The notes under the pieces are model-generated. The model did no database searches and was not told where the DNA came from. It saw nothing but the letters and a program-made list of their open reading frames with translations. From Candidatus Bathyarchaeia archaeon (GTDB taxonomy: Archaea; Thermoproteota; Bathyarchaeia; Bathyarchaeales; Bathycorpusculaceae): a stretch of 45,554 nt of DNA. Below are positions 28,448 to 36,471 of this stretch, in pieces. The stretch covers positions 1 through 45,554 of the forward strand of contig JBEKXL010000018.1 of NCBI GenBank assembly GCA_049512075.1. Direction: 5' to 3'. The translations under genes and the position numbers were made by a program. The stretch's first letter is position 1, and each line of letters starts with the position of its first letter.

Positions 28448-28609
28448 TCACTTATTTGATGTGACCAGGTGTGGACAACTGGTGCTGAAAAGCCAGAAGG
28501 TCGCACAAAACTTGTTGGGCTTGGATCTTTTGCAGGCTATTTTGCCCCTCTTTCTCAACGGAAGTTTGCAATCATAGTGTTTGGTTTTTTGTTTTTTCCT
28601 CTTGGACAT
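28448..28609 (-). CDS. Small basic Cys-containing hypothetical protein (53 aa)
   Basis: Manual translation MSKRKKQKTKHYDCKLPLRKRGKIACKRSKPNKFCATFWLFSTSCPHLVTSNK. Confidence 0.45.
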   Translation of the reverse strand: MSKRKKQKTKHYDCKLPLRKRGKIACKRSKPNKFCATFWLFSTSCPHLVTSNK

Positions 28610-28861
28610 ATGGATCGATAGCGAATTGCACCTTTTTCGTTTTTAAAGTCTCAGAATCATGAATTCTTAGTCCAGATATTGATTACATCTTCAGTTTTGA
28701 GTAACCCTCTATTTTCATCGGGGAGTTGAGCAATTTCAAATATCGACTCTATCTGCTGACATAAGTCGACGATTTGTATTACTTTCTCTTCTCTTGACAG
28801 TCCCTACCGCTATTCATAAAAGGCAGAACGAGCATTCTAACATGAGGTTAAGAAAAGTAAG

Positions 28862-29005
28862 ATGCCCAAAGATCCTGTTTGCGGCGCAATCATGGATGAC
28901 AAGACAGCCAAATTCAAGATCACCCACGATGGGGAGACCTATCACTTTTGCAGTTTAGCCTGCAAGAAGAGATTCAAAAGACACCCAGCAAAGTTCATAA
29001 AGTAG
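28862..29005 (+). CDS. YHS/TRASH domain protein (47 aa)
   Basis: Manual translation MPKDPVCGAIMD...ETYHFCSLACKKRFKRHPAKF. Confidence 0.88.
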   Translation: MPKDPVCGAIMDDKTAKFKITHDGETYHFCSLACKKRFKRHPAKFIK

Positions 29006-29134
29006 AGAACGCGTGCTATCAAAAAGACAACTATTTTTGGCCAGACAAGTTTATGAGAAAGTGGCTTGCGTTTCCCGTGCAGGGCACGAGCTGTTGAGCA
29101 AATATAAATTAGCCAGTTCAGCTTTTGCCTCTGA

Positions 29135-29686
29135 TTGTTGATGAGTATGAATTTGTGGAAGGATATTCCTGTAGGCGACAAGCCGCCCGTGTTGCTGAAC
29201 ATGGTCATTGAGATCAGGAGCGGTTCAAGGGACAAGTATGAGTATCGCTCCGAGTGGGAAGCTTTTGTCTTAGACCGTGTAGTACCATCATCAGTTGTTT
29301 TTCCTGTTGAGTATGGTTTTGTCCCCCAGACATGGGCTGCAGACGGTGACCCGTTGGACGTTATGGTGTTAAGCTATCAACCGCTCGAAGTGGGTTGCAT
29401 AGTCAAGGTCAGGATGATAGGAGCCTTGGTTGTCGAAGATGAAAAAGGCGAAGATGCTAAAGTGCTCTCAGTACCGGTGAGTGACGCAAGATATGACGGT
29501 TACCACGATATCACGGACGTGCATCCGCACATGCTCAGGGAGATTCAGGAGTTTTTTGATACGTACAAAAGGTTGGAGCCGCACAAGTGGGTGAAGTTCA
29601 AAGAATGGAAAAACGCCAAAGAGACAGCCGAAATTGTAACTCGGACTATGGAAACATACAGAAAAATGGTGGAACTCCACAAGTGA
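29135..29686 (+). CDS. ppa: Family I inorganic pyrophosphatase
   Basis: KYEY, LDR, YGFVPQT, DGDPLDV, DEKGEDAK, FFDTYK. Confidence 0.96.
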   Translation: MLMSMNLWKDIPVGDKPPVLLNMVIEIRSGSRDKYEYRSEWEAFVLDRVVPSSVVFPVEYGFVPQTWAADGDPLDVMVLSYQPLEVGCIVKVRMIGALVVEDEKGEDAKVLSVPVSDARYDGYHDITDVHPHMLREIQEFFDTYKRLEPHKWVKFKEWKNAKETAEIVTRTMETYRKMVELHK

Positions 29687-29994
29687 CAACTGACAACCTT
29701 TAAAGCTAGTATCCACGATGACGGACCTCTGATTGGGGAAAAGCCAACTTCCCTTTCAAGTTCTTCCATGTCCATTCGGGTGCTTAGCAGAAAATTTAAT
29801 ATTTGAGCTTTCACAGGGGAAAAGTCATGAAGTGGCGAATCTGCATATCATTTGCAAGTTTGCCTCTAACATATCCAATCTTACTTGCTAGCTATTATGT
29901 TGGAAAATACCTGCGCGAAGTAAATGTCAAAGAGGTAGTAAAGAGAAACAAAGAACTCTTCTAGCGCTTCATCAATGTGTGCTTCACTTTACGT

Positions 29995-31335
29995 TCACTT
30001 GGCAAACAGAAAATCAGTGATTCGCTTCTGGAATAGTGAGTTGCGTATGAGGTTGCTTTCTCTTATCCAGCTTTGAAGTGGAATGCTGAATTGATTTGCG
30101 ATTCTGCCCAACGTTTCGTTCAACGTGTTGTAGATTAGGGGTTTTTGCCGCATGGCATTCCTAACGTTCTCTCGCACCTGCCAAACGCCTACAGGCATGA
30201 TGTAGCCGGGATGAGCCTCGCGCAGGACTATCACTGTTGCCTGCCTTCTTTCCTTAACAAGTTGTTCACACACGGCAAGACGGGCAGCATAGTAGCATCC
30301 GCCGATTTGGGCGTAGGTTGTTCGTCGGTCATTGCCTTCCCAATCGGAAAACATAACAGCTTGTTTGCCGTCCGGGTTCCAGACCGTGCCAGGATACCAC
30401 GCCTCTATGGCTTCATAGCTCCACTCTCTCGGCAGCATCAGAACTTCGAACAGGTTGTCCAAGTATTTGGATTCGTAAATGCGGTACTCGTTTATTTCGG
30501 GGAACTGTTTGACTTGTTCCATGAGGTTTTTCGAGATTATGTCGTCTACGGCTGTGATGCTCCATCGGGTTGGCACTAGGCGTCGGTTTTCTTCCAGCCC
30601 GAAGGCGCCGACGCTGAAGGCCTTCTGAATTCTCGTTCCAAGCACGCCTTTCTTATAGAGTTCGAGTACAGCAGGGACAGCCTTCAAGTCAGTGTCGCTG
30701 TAGGCCTTTTCAATCTGGTGATCCCAGCTCGTGTTCGCTACGTTTAGGTCGCGAATTGGTGCAGACGGCCCGAAAGGCTGGATTTCATCGCTCAGGAATA
30801 TGGAACCGTGAGGCTTCTTGGTCAGCAATAGTTCGACGTCAACGGGCTTAACGGCCAGGGCTAGTTCGCGAGTTTTCTCGATTATTTTTCCCGCCTGTTC
30901 AAATTCGCGTACGTGAACTCGATGTTTGCCGCGGATTAGCATTGAACGGAAAGCTACAATTTCGTCTATCGACTTTCCGAACCAGAATTCAGGCAGGTCA
31001 AAGAGGCTCGTGTCCTCCTTCACCGGAGGAACAAGCGGCCCAGCATAGACGTTCGGATAACCCATTCTGCCAATAAAAACGCTCGGAGGTGAAGACCCAA
31101 CAATATCCTCACTGCTCATCAAAGGAACGCTTTTCAAGTAATAGTTGACTTTAACGATGATTGGACAACGTGTTTTGCCGCAGAGAAGCCTAGAGCCTTT
31201 GCAGACCACGCACAAACCGCTCTTGGAAGCCCTAGCAGTCACGGTCGGACCCTCATCCGGCTTGACGCCCGTATCTCTTAGGATTTCATGCAGCCACGTG
31301 TCGGAGAAAGCATGTCGCGTTGAGGTCAGGGTCAA
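29995..31335 (-). CDS. nreA: Nre-family DNA repair protein
   Basis: CVVCKG..LCG...CP, SPPSVFIGR, RRLVPTRWSITAVDD, PVGVWQVRE, C-terminal PIP motif QKRITDF. Confidence 0.93.
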   Translation of the reverse strand: MTLTSTRHAFSDTWLHEILRDTGVKPDEGPTVTARASKSGLCVVCKGSRLLCGKTRCPIIVKVNYYLKSVPLMSSEDIVGSSPPSVFIGRMGYPNVYAGPLVPPVKEDTSLFDLPEFWFGKSIDEIVAFRSMLIRGKHRVHVREFEQAGKIIEKTRELALAVKPVDVELLLTKKPHGSIFLSDEIQPFGPSAPIRDLNVANTSWDHQIEKAYSDTDLKAVPAVLELYKKGVLGTRIQKAFSVGAFGLEENRRLVPTRWSITAVDDIISKNLMEQVKQFPEINEYRIYESKYLDNLFEVLMLPREWSYEAIEAWYPGTVWNPDGKQAVMFSDWEGNDRRTTYAQIGGCYYAARLAVCEQLVKERRQATVIVLREAHPGYIMPVGVWQVRENVRNAMRQKPLIYNTLNETLGRIANQFSIPLQSWIRESNLIRNSLFQKRITDFLFAK

Positions 31336-31464
31336 CTCTTGTCACGTAGAATGATGATTAGAAGAAGCTCTTATGTTTTCTGCAATCGGTTTCAAGTTGA
31401 TGTGGCGCACCCTGTTGCGTGTATTTTATATTGATTCCGCATGAACATATTTGTGGGACTGATT

Positions 31465-31743
31465 ATGAGCGATGAAGTTCGATACTATAAAGGAAAGCAC
31501 AAAGTCAGAGTTCTAACGGAAAGTCGAGGAAACTGGATCGTGGAAGCCTTAGAAGCGTTCGAGGACGTCGTTGATGGTGAAAAGATCAAGGTTAAAAAGA
31601 GAGAAAGACGCATCGTAGCTCCAAATCTCCTTTTTCAAAGGGAGGCCTTACCTCCACCCGTGAAAGAGCACGTTTACGAGTTGAAAATGGAGAAAAAACT
31701 GAAACGTCTCGTCGACAAAGAAGACAAAGACAAAACCGCCTAG
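31465..31743 (+). CDS. Hypothetical protein
   Basis: 92-aa protein-like ORF with TATA-like TTTTATA upstream. Confidence 0.7.
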   Translation: MSDEVRYYKGKHKVRVLTESRGNWIVEALEAFEDVVDGEKIKVKKRERRIVAPNLLFQREALPPPVKEHVYELKMEKKLKRLVDKEDKDKTA

Positions 31744-31754
31744 TCAATGGGAGA

Positions 31755-31858
31755 TGGCGCCCTGGCCGGGATTCGGACCCGGTACAGGTCAGAGATTTCA
31801 ATTCTGATGTCCTGCGGGCGACAGCCGCATATACTAGACCGGACTATACTACCAGGGC
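31755..31858 (-). tRNA. tRNA-Asp(GTC) with 26-nt BHB intron (31783-31808) at the variable loop/T-stem junction; CCA encoded
   Basis: Acceptor GCCCTGG/CCAGGGC; anticodon arm TGCGG-CTGTCGC-CCGCA; T arm CCGGG-TCCGAAT-CCCGG once the intron is removed. Confidence 0.92.
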
Positions 31859-32427
31859 TATCTATTTGGCCTAGGCGCCGTGCTGAGTAAAGAAGAATTT
31901 TGATTAATTAAGCTTATTGTCACCTAACTGCCGACTAATTCTTCATGGGAAAATTGGGTAAAGATACATTAAGCAGATGCAACAAATATATGATATAAGG
32001 AAGGTTTTAAGCAGTGGTTAGAAACGATAGCGGAGACCTTAAACCTGGTAGAAAAGAACGACTAGCCAAACTGCCCACTGAAATGAGAAAACGGCTGGGT
32101 GAATTTGGATTTGGGCTTCATGGTGTAAGGGACAACACCAAGGAAGATAACGGTTGCCAAGGTTGAGACTAGGGCTCAAGCCCAGACTCGCCCCCGTAAA
32201 AGTGTGGCCCGATTTCAGCCTTCTTGATTAGCATTTGCATCCAGAAAAACAGTTTTGTAAACAATCAATTCAAGGTCATAAACAGCCGTTTCATGGAGTT
32301 TCAATATCCATGAATCAGGAAACGAGGTTTAAATACTATGCGAATGAAATGTATGGGAGCATGGTCCTAAAACTCCCATCACTTGAAACTCCCACAAGAA
32401 AGGGTTCTTTGGTTGGGTAAATCGACT

Positions 32428-33096
32428 TTAAGCTCCAAGCTTTCCATAAGTCCACAAGACCCAATCAACTACAGCGGGCTTTTCATTTACGGCTTTAGCC
32501 ATGTCTTTTCCAATCTGTACTATCTCTTCTGGAGTTGCCTTTTCATTAATCAATCCTAACTTCAAGAATACTTTACGAATTTGTCTGTCAGGCTTTATGA
32601 ATGGCTTTCCAATCTGAGTTAGGAACTCATAGACATTAACTTCACCGATATAATCAAATTGTTCCTGTAAGTCAGATACTAAGTCATCTGACTTCTGAAA
32701 TGAGTCTACGTAATTGAGGAATGAACCATACTGCTTTGCTATATCCTCCATTTTTCTAGCATTAGATATTGTAGCCCTTATCCTTCCTTCGTGCTTAATT
32801 ACTTCCTGATTCTTCATAAGCCTCTGTACATCTTTTTCCGTGTATTTTACTACTTTGTTAACATTGAATTTTGAGAAGACTTCAGTTATTGCAGGCCACC
32901 TTTTTTCTATGGTTTTGTCTCTGATACCAGTAAATACCGCTCTCGCCATAACATCAAAAAAGTCATTATTACTCCAATCCTTACAGTCAAGTTCTCGATA
33001 GTATTTCATTTTTTCCTCCATGTTTGGTTCAGAAGCTCTTAACCTCTCGACTGCTTTCGTGTAAATCTTCTTCAATGACTCTTTTGATTTTGGCAT
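32428..33096 (-). CDS. DNA-3-methyladenine glycosylase I (Tag)-like protein
   Basis: RAVFTG....IEKRWPAI..VF..F..NKV, VIKHEGRIRATISNA, YGSF, IGEVNVYEFL..IG..FIKPD. Confidence 0.78.
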   Translation of the reverse strand: MPKSKESLKKIYTKAVERLRASEPNMEEKMKYYRELDCKDWSNNDFFDVMARAVFTGIRDKTIEKRWPAITEVFSKFNVNKVVKYTEKDVQRLMKNQEVIKHEGRIRATISNARKMEDIAKQYGSFLNYVDSFQKSDDLVSDLQEQFDYIGEVNVYEFLTQIGKPFIKPDRQIRKVFLKLGLINEKATPEEIVQIGKDMAKAVNEKPAVVDWVLWTYGKLGA

Positions 33097-33134
33097 GAAG
33101 TTTAGTGTGTTGCAGGTGCTTAATTAAACTTTAT

Positions 33135-33147
33135 AGTACAATGTACT
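33135..33147. promoter_or_regulatory. Palindrome AGTACA-A-TGTACT, putative operator between divergent tag-like and HxlR genes
   Basis: Perfect 6-1-6 inverted repeat flanked by TATA-like sequences. Confidence 0.5.
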
Positions 33148-33204
33148 GTTTAAAGTGTATTCTCCTTTTCCAAAACTCGCTTCATTGTAGTTTTGTGAAT
33201 TCAG

Positions 33205-33474
33205 TTGCGAACTAAGAGTCGGTTCCTATTCAAGAAAGGCGCGATAGAAGTCATTTTTCATCTGAACAAGGTCGGGAAAGCTGGGTACTATGAGCTTTAC
33301 AAACAGAACTTCGTGATTAGTAGGCAGAGTTTTGCAAACTTGCTTAAGGAGTTAGAGAGTAAAGGAATTGTGACCAGAGAAGTGATTATTGGTCGTCCAC
33401 CTAGAGTAGATTACAGTTTGACTGAGAAAGGAAGGAGAATAGCGGTGATTCTCCGTGAACTCGACAGCATTTAG
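33205..33474 (+). CDS. HxlR-family winged-helix regulator
   Basis: IS...F...LKELE..GIV.R....RPPRVDYSLTEKG. Confidence 0.9.
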   Translation: MRTKSRFLFKKGAIEVIFHLNKVGKAGYYELYKQNFVISRQSFANLLKELESKGIVTREVIIGRPPRVDYSLTEKGRRIAVILRELDSI

Positions 33475-33511
33475 CGCGTAGGCAGACACGTATTTTTGCA
33501 TCTTACGTTAT

Positions 33512-33553
33512 AGAATGTTAATCATATACAAACAGAATGTTAATCATACAAAC
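33512..33553. repeat. Tandem repeat AGAATGTTAATCATA(TA)CAAAC x2 upstream of the TIR gene
   Basis: 15-bp exact core at 33512 and 33534. Confidence 0.75.
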
Positions 33554-33624
33554 CACAAGGTTTTTATGTAACTGTCCTGAATAGATATTCAACTGTTGCC
33601 AATCAGTTTATGATGGGATGATTA

Positions 33625-34680
33625 ATAACGTCTGAAGAGTCCAAGAAAGAGCGTAGACCTTTCCCAAAACATTCTCTCGAAGAAGCACTCCGAGTCGCGC
33701 AAGCTATCCACGAAAAGAACAACGATAAACCTATGAAACCCATGTTCATTGCGGAAGCTATCGGACGAAAACCAGAAAGCAGTGAATTTAGAATGCTGTT
33801 GAGCTCATCAAACAGGTACGGATTGATTAAAGGCTCCTATGCTTCTGAAGTCATAGAACTGACCCCACTGGGGACCTCTATCGTTAAGCCTGTTAGCCCT
33901 GAAAAAAAGGTTCTTGACCTACAAGATTCTGCTCAAAAACCAGATGTTTTCAAGAGAGTATATGAATACTATCGAGATGGAAAGTTCCCGATAGCAGATG
34001 AATTCTTCAAGAACAAGCTAGAGATGGAATTTGGAGTCCCAAAAGAGTTCGTTGATGAGTGTATCCAACTTTTGAACGACAATGGAAGGTTTGTTGGGAT
34101 AATCCGCGATGTTGCAGGGGCTCCGCGTGTCGTGTTCGAATCTGCGCCTGAGCCTGCTATTTCTCCTGAAACGCCCGCTGTTTCCAAACCAACCGAATTT
34201 CCATCCTCCTCCACTCCTTCAAAACAGCCTGAAATTGCTGCAAGGCCAATATTCATAGCGCATGGGAAAGACAAAACTCCTGTGGAGCAACTAAAAAATA
34301 TCCTTAGCAGATTCAATATTCCTTCCATAGTAGCTGAAGAAGAAGCCCACATGGGTAGACTCATCTCAACAAAAGTGAAGGAAACGATGCAGAAGTGTGG
34401 TTCAGCAATATTCATCTTTACCCCTGATGAGGAAATACAGGACTCGGCTGGAAACAAAATATGTAGACCCAGCGACAACGTTGTTTATGAACTGGGCGCT
34501 GCAACTTACCTTTACGGGAACAAAATAGTCATTCTTAAAGAGAAAAGCGTGACTCTCGCCAGTGATTTTAGTGACTTCGGATATATTCCGTTTGAAAGTG
34601 GCAAAGTGGATGCTAAGGCCACTGAATTAATCCTGGAGCTTGTAAAGCTGGGATTTCTAAAACTAACGACTTCAGGATAG
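33625..34680 (+). CDS. wHTH + CAP12/Pycsar-type TIR domain protein (predicted NADase effector)
   Basis: IFIAHG, AIFIFTPDE, RPSDNVVYELG (catalytic Glu), LASDF. The frame is open upstream of ATG 33733 (RPFPKHSLEEALRVAQAI); ATA start at 33625 inferred. Confidence 0.82.
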   Translation: MTSEESKKERRPFPKHSLEEALRVAQAIHEKNNDKPMKPMFIAEAIGRKPESSEFRMLLSSSNRYGLIKGSYASEVIELTPLGTSIVKPVSPEKKVLDLQDSAQKPDVFKRVYEYYRDGKFPIADEFFKNKLEMEFGVPKEFVDECIQLLNDNGRFVGIIRDVAGAPRVVFESAPEPAISPETPAVSKPTEFPSSSTPSKQPEIAARPIFIAHGKDKTPVEQLKNILSRFNIPSIVAEEEAHMGRLISTKVKETMQKCGSAIFIFTPDEEIQDSAGNKICRPSDNVVYELGAATYLYGNKIVILKEKSVTLASDFSDFGYIPFESGKVDAKATELILELVKLGFLKLTTSG

Positions 34681-34696
34681 CTTCAAAATCGGTAAA

Positions 34697-34783
34697 GTGA
34701 TGGAGAGAATGAACAGTTTGCGTGCAAGCAGGTCAATGTCGGTGGTATCCAACCTGCACATGTAAATCTAATCTCTCCATCAC
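34697..34783 (+). other. Long imperfect hairpin directly downstream of the TIR gene
   Basis: GTGATGGAGAGA/TCTCTCCATCAC 12-bp perfect stem, then TTTGCGTG/CATGTAAA and GCAGGT/ACCTGC. Confidence 0.6.
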
Positions 34784-34968
34784 GCCGACAACTAGCCTAA
34801 TTCTTATGCGTTCGGTCTAGTAAACCTTTCTAGCCAACTAGGGACGTAGATACGACACGGCGTTAGAATTAATCGGCAGTTCCATCAGAAAATTAAGCTT
34901 TCTTGGTGGGTAGAGAAGCCTAAGTGCAAAAGGTGGAAGCTGAAGTAGCTGCAGGGTGTGCTGGTGCT

Positions 34969-35211
34969 TCAGGTTTGCGGTTCGTCTTTGTGGAGATGTT
35001 TTTTTGCGTATTCTTCTTGGATTTTTTTGGACATTTTGCCATCTTCCACTATGAATGCCCCGTGATAGCCGCAGTTTCTACACTCCCAGATAGACCACAG
35101 CTGCGGTAACCCACGAGCCCAATAGATTTCAGTGGACCCGCATTTTGGACAGAACCTGACTCCTCGCTTCTTGACCTCAACTTTGGTCTTGGCTTTCCCA
35201 GGTTTTTCCAT
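34969..35211 (-). CDS. Small zinc-ribbon protein
   Basis: FCPKCGS...WECRNCGY. Confidence 0.8.
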   Translation of the reverse strand: MEKPGKAKTKVEVKKRGVRFCPKCGSTEIYWARGLPQLWSIWECRNCGYHGAFIVEDGKMSKKIQEEYAKKHLHKDEPQT

Positions 35212-35268
35212 GCCAGGTCAACTGTCATTCTCTTAATAAACTCACCAGCGCTCGCCAGTTGGACATGC

Positions 35269-35808
35269 CTACTTTTTTTCTTTCATTTGCAGTTCTTTCA
35301 TTTGCAGTATGTGGTTGGCTAGTGTTGAGAAGGTCAGTGGGCGGTAGCGAACCTTGTCCTCTAGGTTTATCAGAAAACTTGCGGTTTCTTCGAGTTCTAG
35401 GAAGTCAAACTGTTTGAGCCACTTTGTGAACTTCACGTGAGATGAATAGTCTTCATGATAAGTGATAAAGACTCCGTCATAAGCTAAACCCAACCCTCTT
35501 TCAAGCATGACGACTTCAAAAGGTCCTGTCTCCAGACTTTTCCTGATGATTTCTCTAGTTCTTTCTATCTGTTCTTGGGTGAATGCTTTTTTGACTTTGA
35601 CGAAAGTCAACGCAAGAATCTTGTACCCAAGTCTATTGAAGTCAGGAATCATCGTGTACTCCTTGATGATGCCCTCTTCCTCCATTTTTCTGATCGCTCT
35701 GCTGACTGTGGGCTGAGAGATGCCAAGCACTTTTGCCAGTTCTCTGTCGCTTCTTCGACTGTTCTTCATAAGCTCAGAAACAAGCCTCATCTCAACGTCC
35801 TTCAACAA
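35269..35808 (-). CDS. Lrp/AsnC-family transcriptional regulator
   Basis: NSRRSDRELAKVLGISQPTVSR...MEEEGIIKEYT.IPDF..LGY. Confidence 0.9.
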   Translation of the reverse strand: MLKDVEMRLVSELMKNSRRSDRELAKVLGISQPTVSRAIRKMEEEGIIKEYTMIPDFNRLGYKILALTFVKVKKAFTQEQIERTREIIRKSLETGPFEVVMLERGLGLAYDGVFITYHEDYSSHVKFTKWLKQFDFLELEETASFLINLEDKVRYRPLTFSTLANHILQMKELQMKEKK

Positions 35809-35988
35809 CTCCTCTCCTGCTTTTGAGCATCACTGCGTAATACACTAATCTGACGCTAAAAAGCTTTCATGCTCGTTCCGCGCGTGCTAGACAAGAAAGA
35901 TGTAGCGTGCAAAGGTGAGAATGTGCAAACGTGAAAATGCTAGAATCGTGCACTCTTTGAACAGGGGCCGTTTCTAACTCGCGATTCT

Positions 35989-36210
35989 CTATTGAAATGC
36001 CGCGTCTAGCTTCTTTTGTTTTTGAGCTTCTTTTCTCATCAAGTCTTGAAGCGCTTCGCTTATTCCGCCGGGGTATGACGGGATCACGACCGTTCGCATA
36101 AACTCTCTGAGCAGGCTTTCAGGAACGTTACATATTGTGACGTTCACGAACATGTCATCTTTGAACTTACCGTTTTCCACGATGTAGTTTATGAGCGGTC
36201 TGCTCTTCAT
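35989..36210 (-). CDS. Small ribbon-helix-helix-like protein (73 aa)
   Basis: VNVTICNVPESLLREF...YPGGISEALQDLMRK strand-helix-helix pattern; ATG at 36210. Confidence 0.65.
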   Translation of the reverse strand: MKSRPLINYIVENGKFKDDMFVNVTICNVPESLLREFMRTVVIPSYPGGISEALQDLMRKEAQKQKKLDAAFQ

Positions 36211-36240
36211 CTGATCGCCTTCGCCTACTCTTGTTGAGGT

Positions 36241-36365
36241 TGACGAACTTGCTGTCACTAAACGAAACCCGAAAGTGCTTTCGGCGGGTTCCAGGGACTA
36301 GGCGCTTGGAGGGGCTTGTCCACATGAAACCTTTGTATTTCGCCCAGTGAAAGCAAGATTCGCCA
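36241..36365 (-). ncRNA. Candidate structured leader/ncRNA (three-way junction)
   Basis: About 25-bp basal stem plus two hairpins with G-U pairs on the minus strand; TATA-like CTTTTTAA about 25 nt upstream. Confidence 0.6.
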
Positions 36366-36471
36366 CGATGGCTGATGAGAGTCTCGAAGTTAAAAAGCCG
36401 TTTGCCAAAACGACACTTCCGAAAAATGGAGAGAGTAGGGTTTAAGTGAAACTAAGTTTCATTTCGTATTC

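Noticed and set aside
31755-34900. Islet as an element integrated at the tRNA-Asp 3' end
   Set aside because: The islet lies 5' of the tRNA; no duplicated tRNA end or integrase was seen.
36372-36390. CTGATGA..GAA hammerhead-like core
   Set aside because: Lacks GAAA and stems I and III; stem II would have a 1-nt loop.
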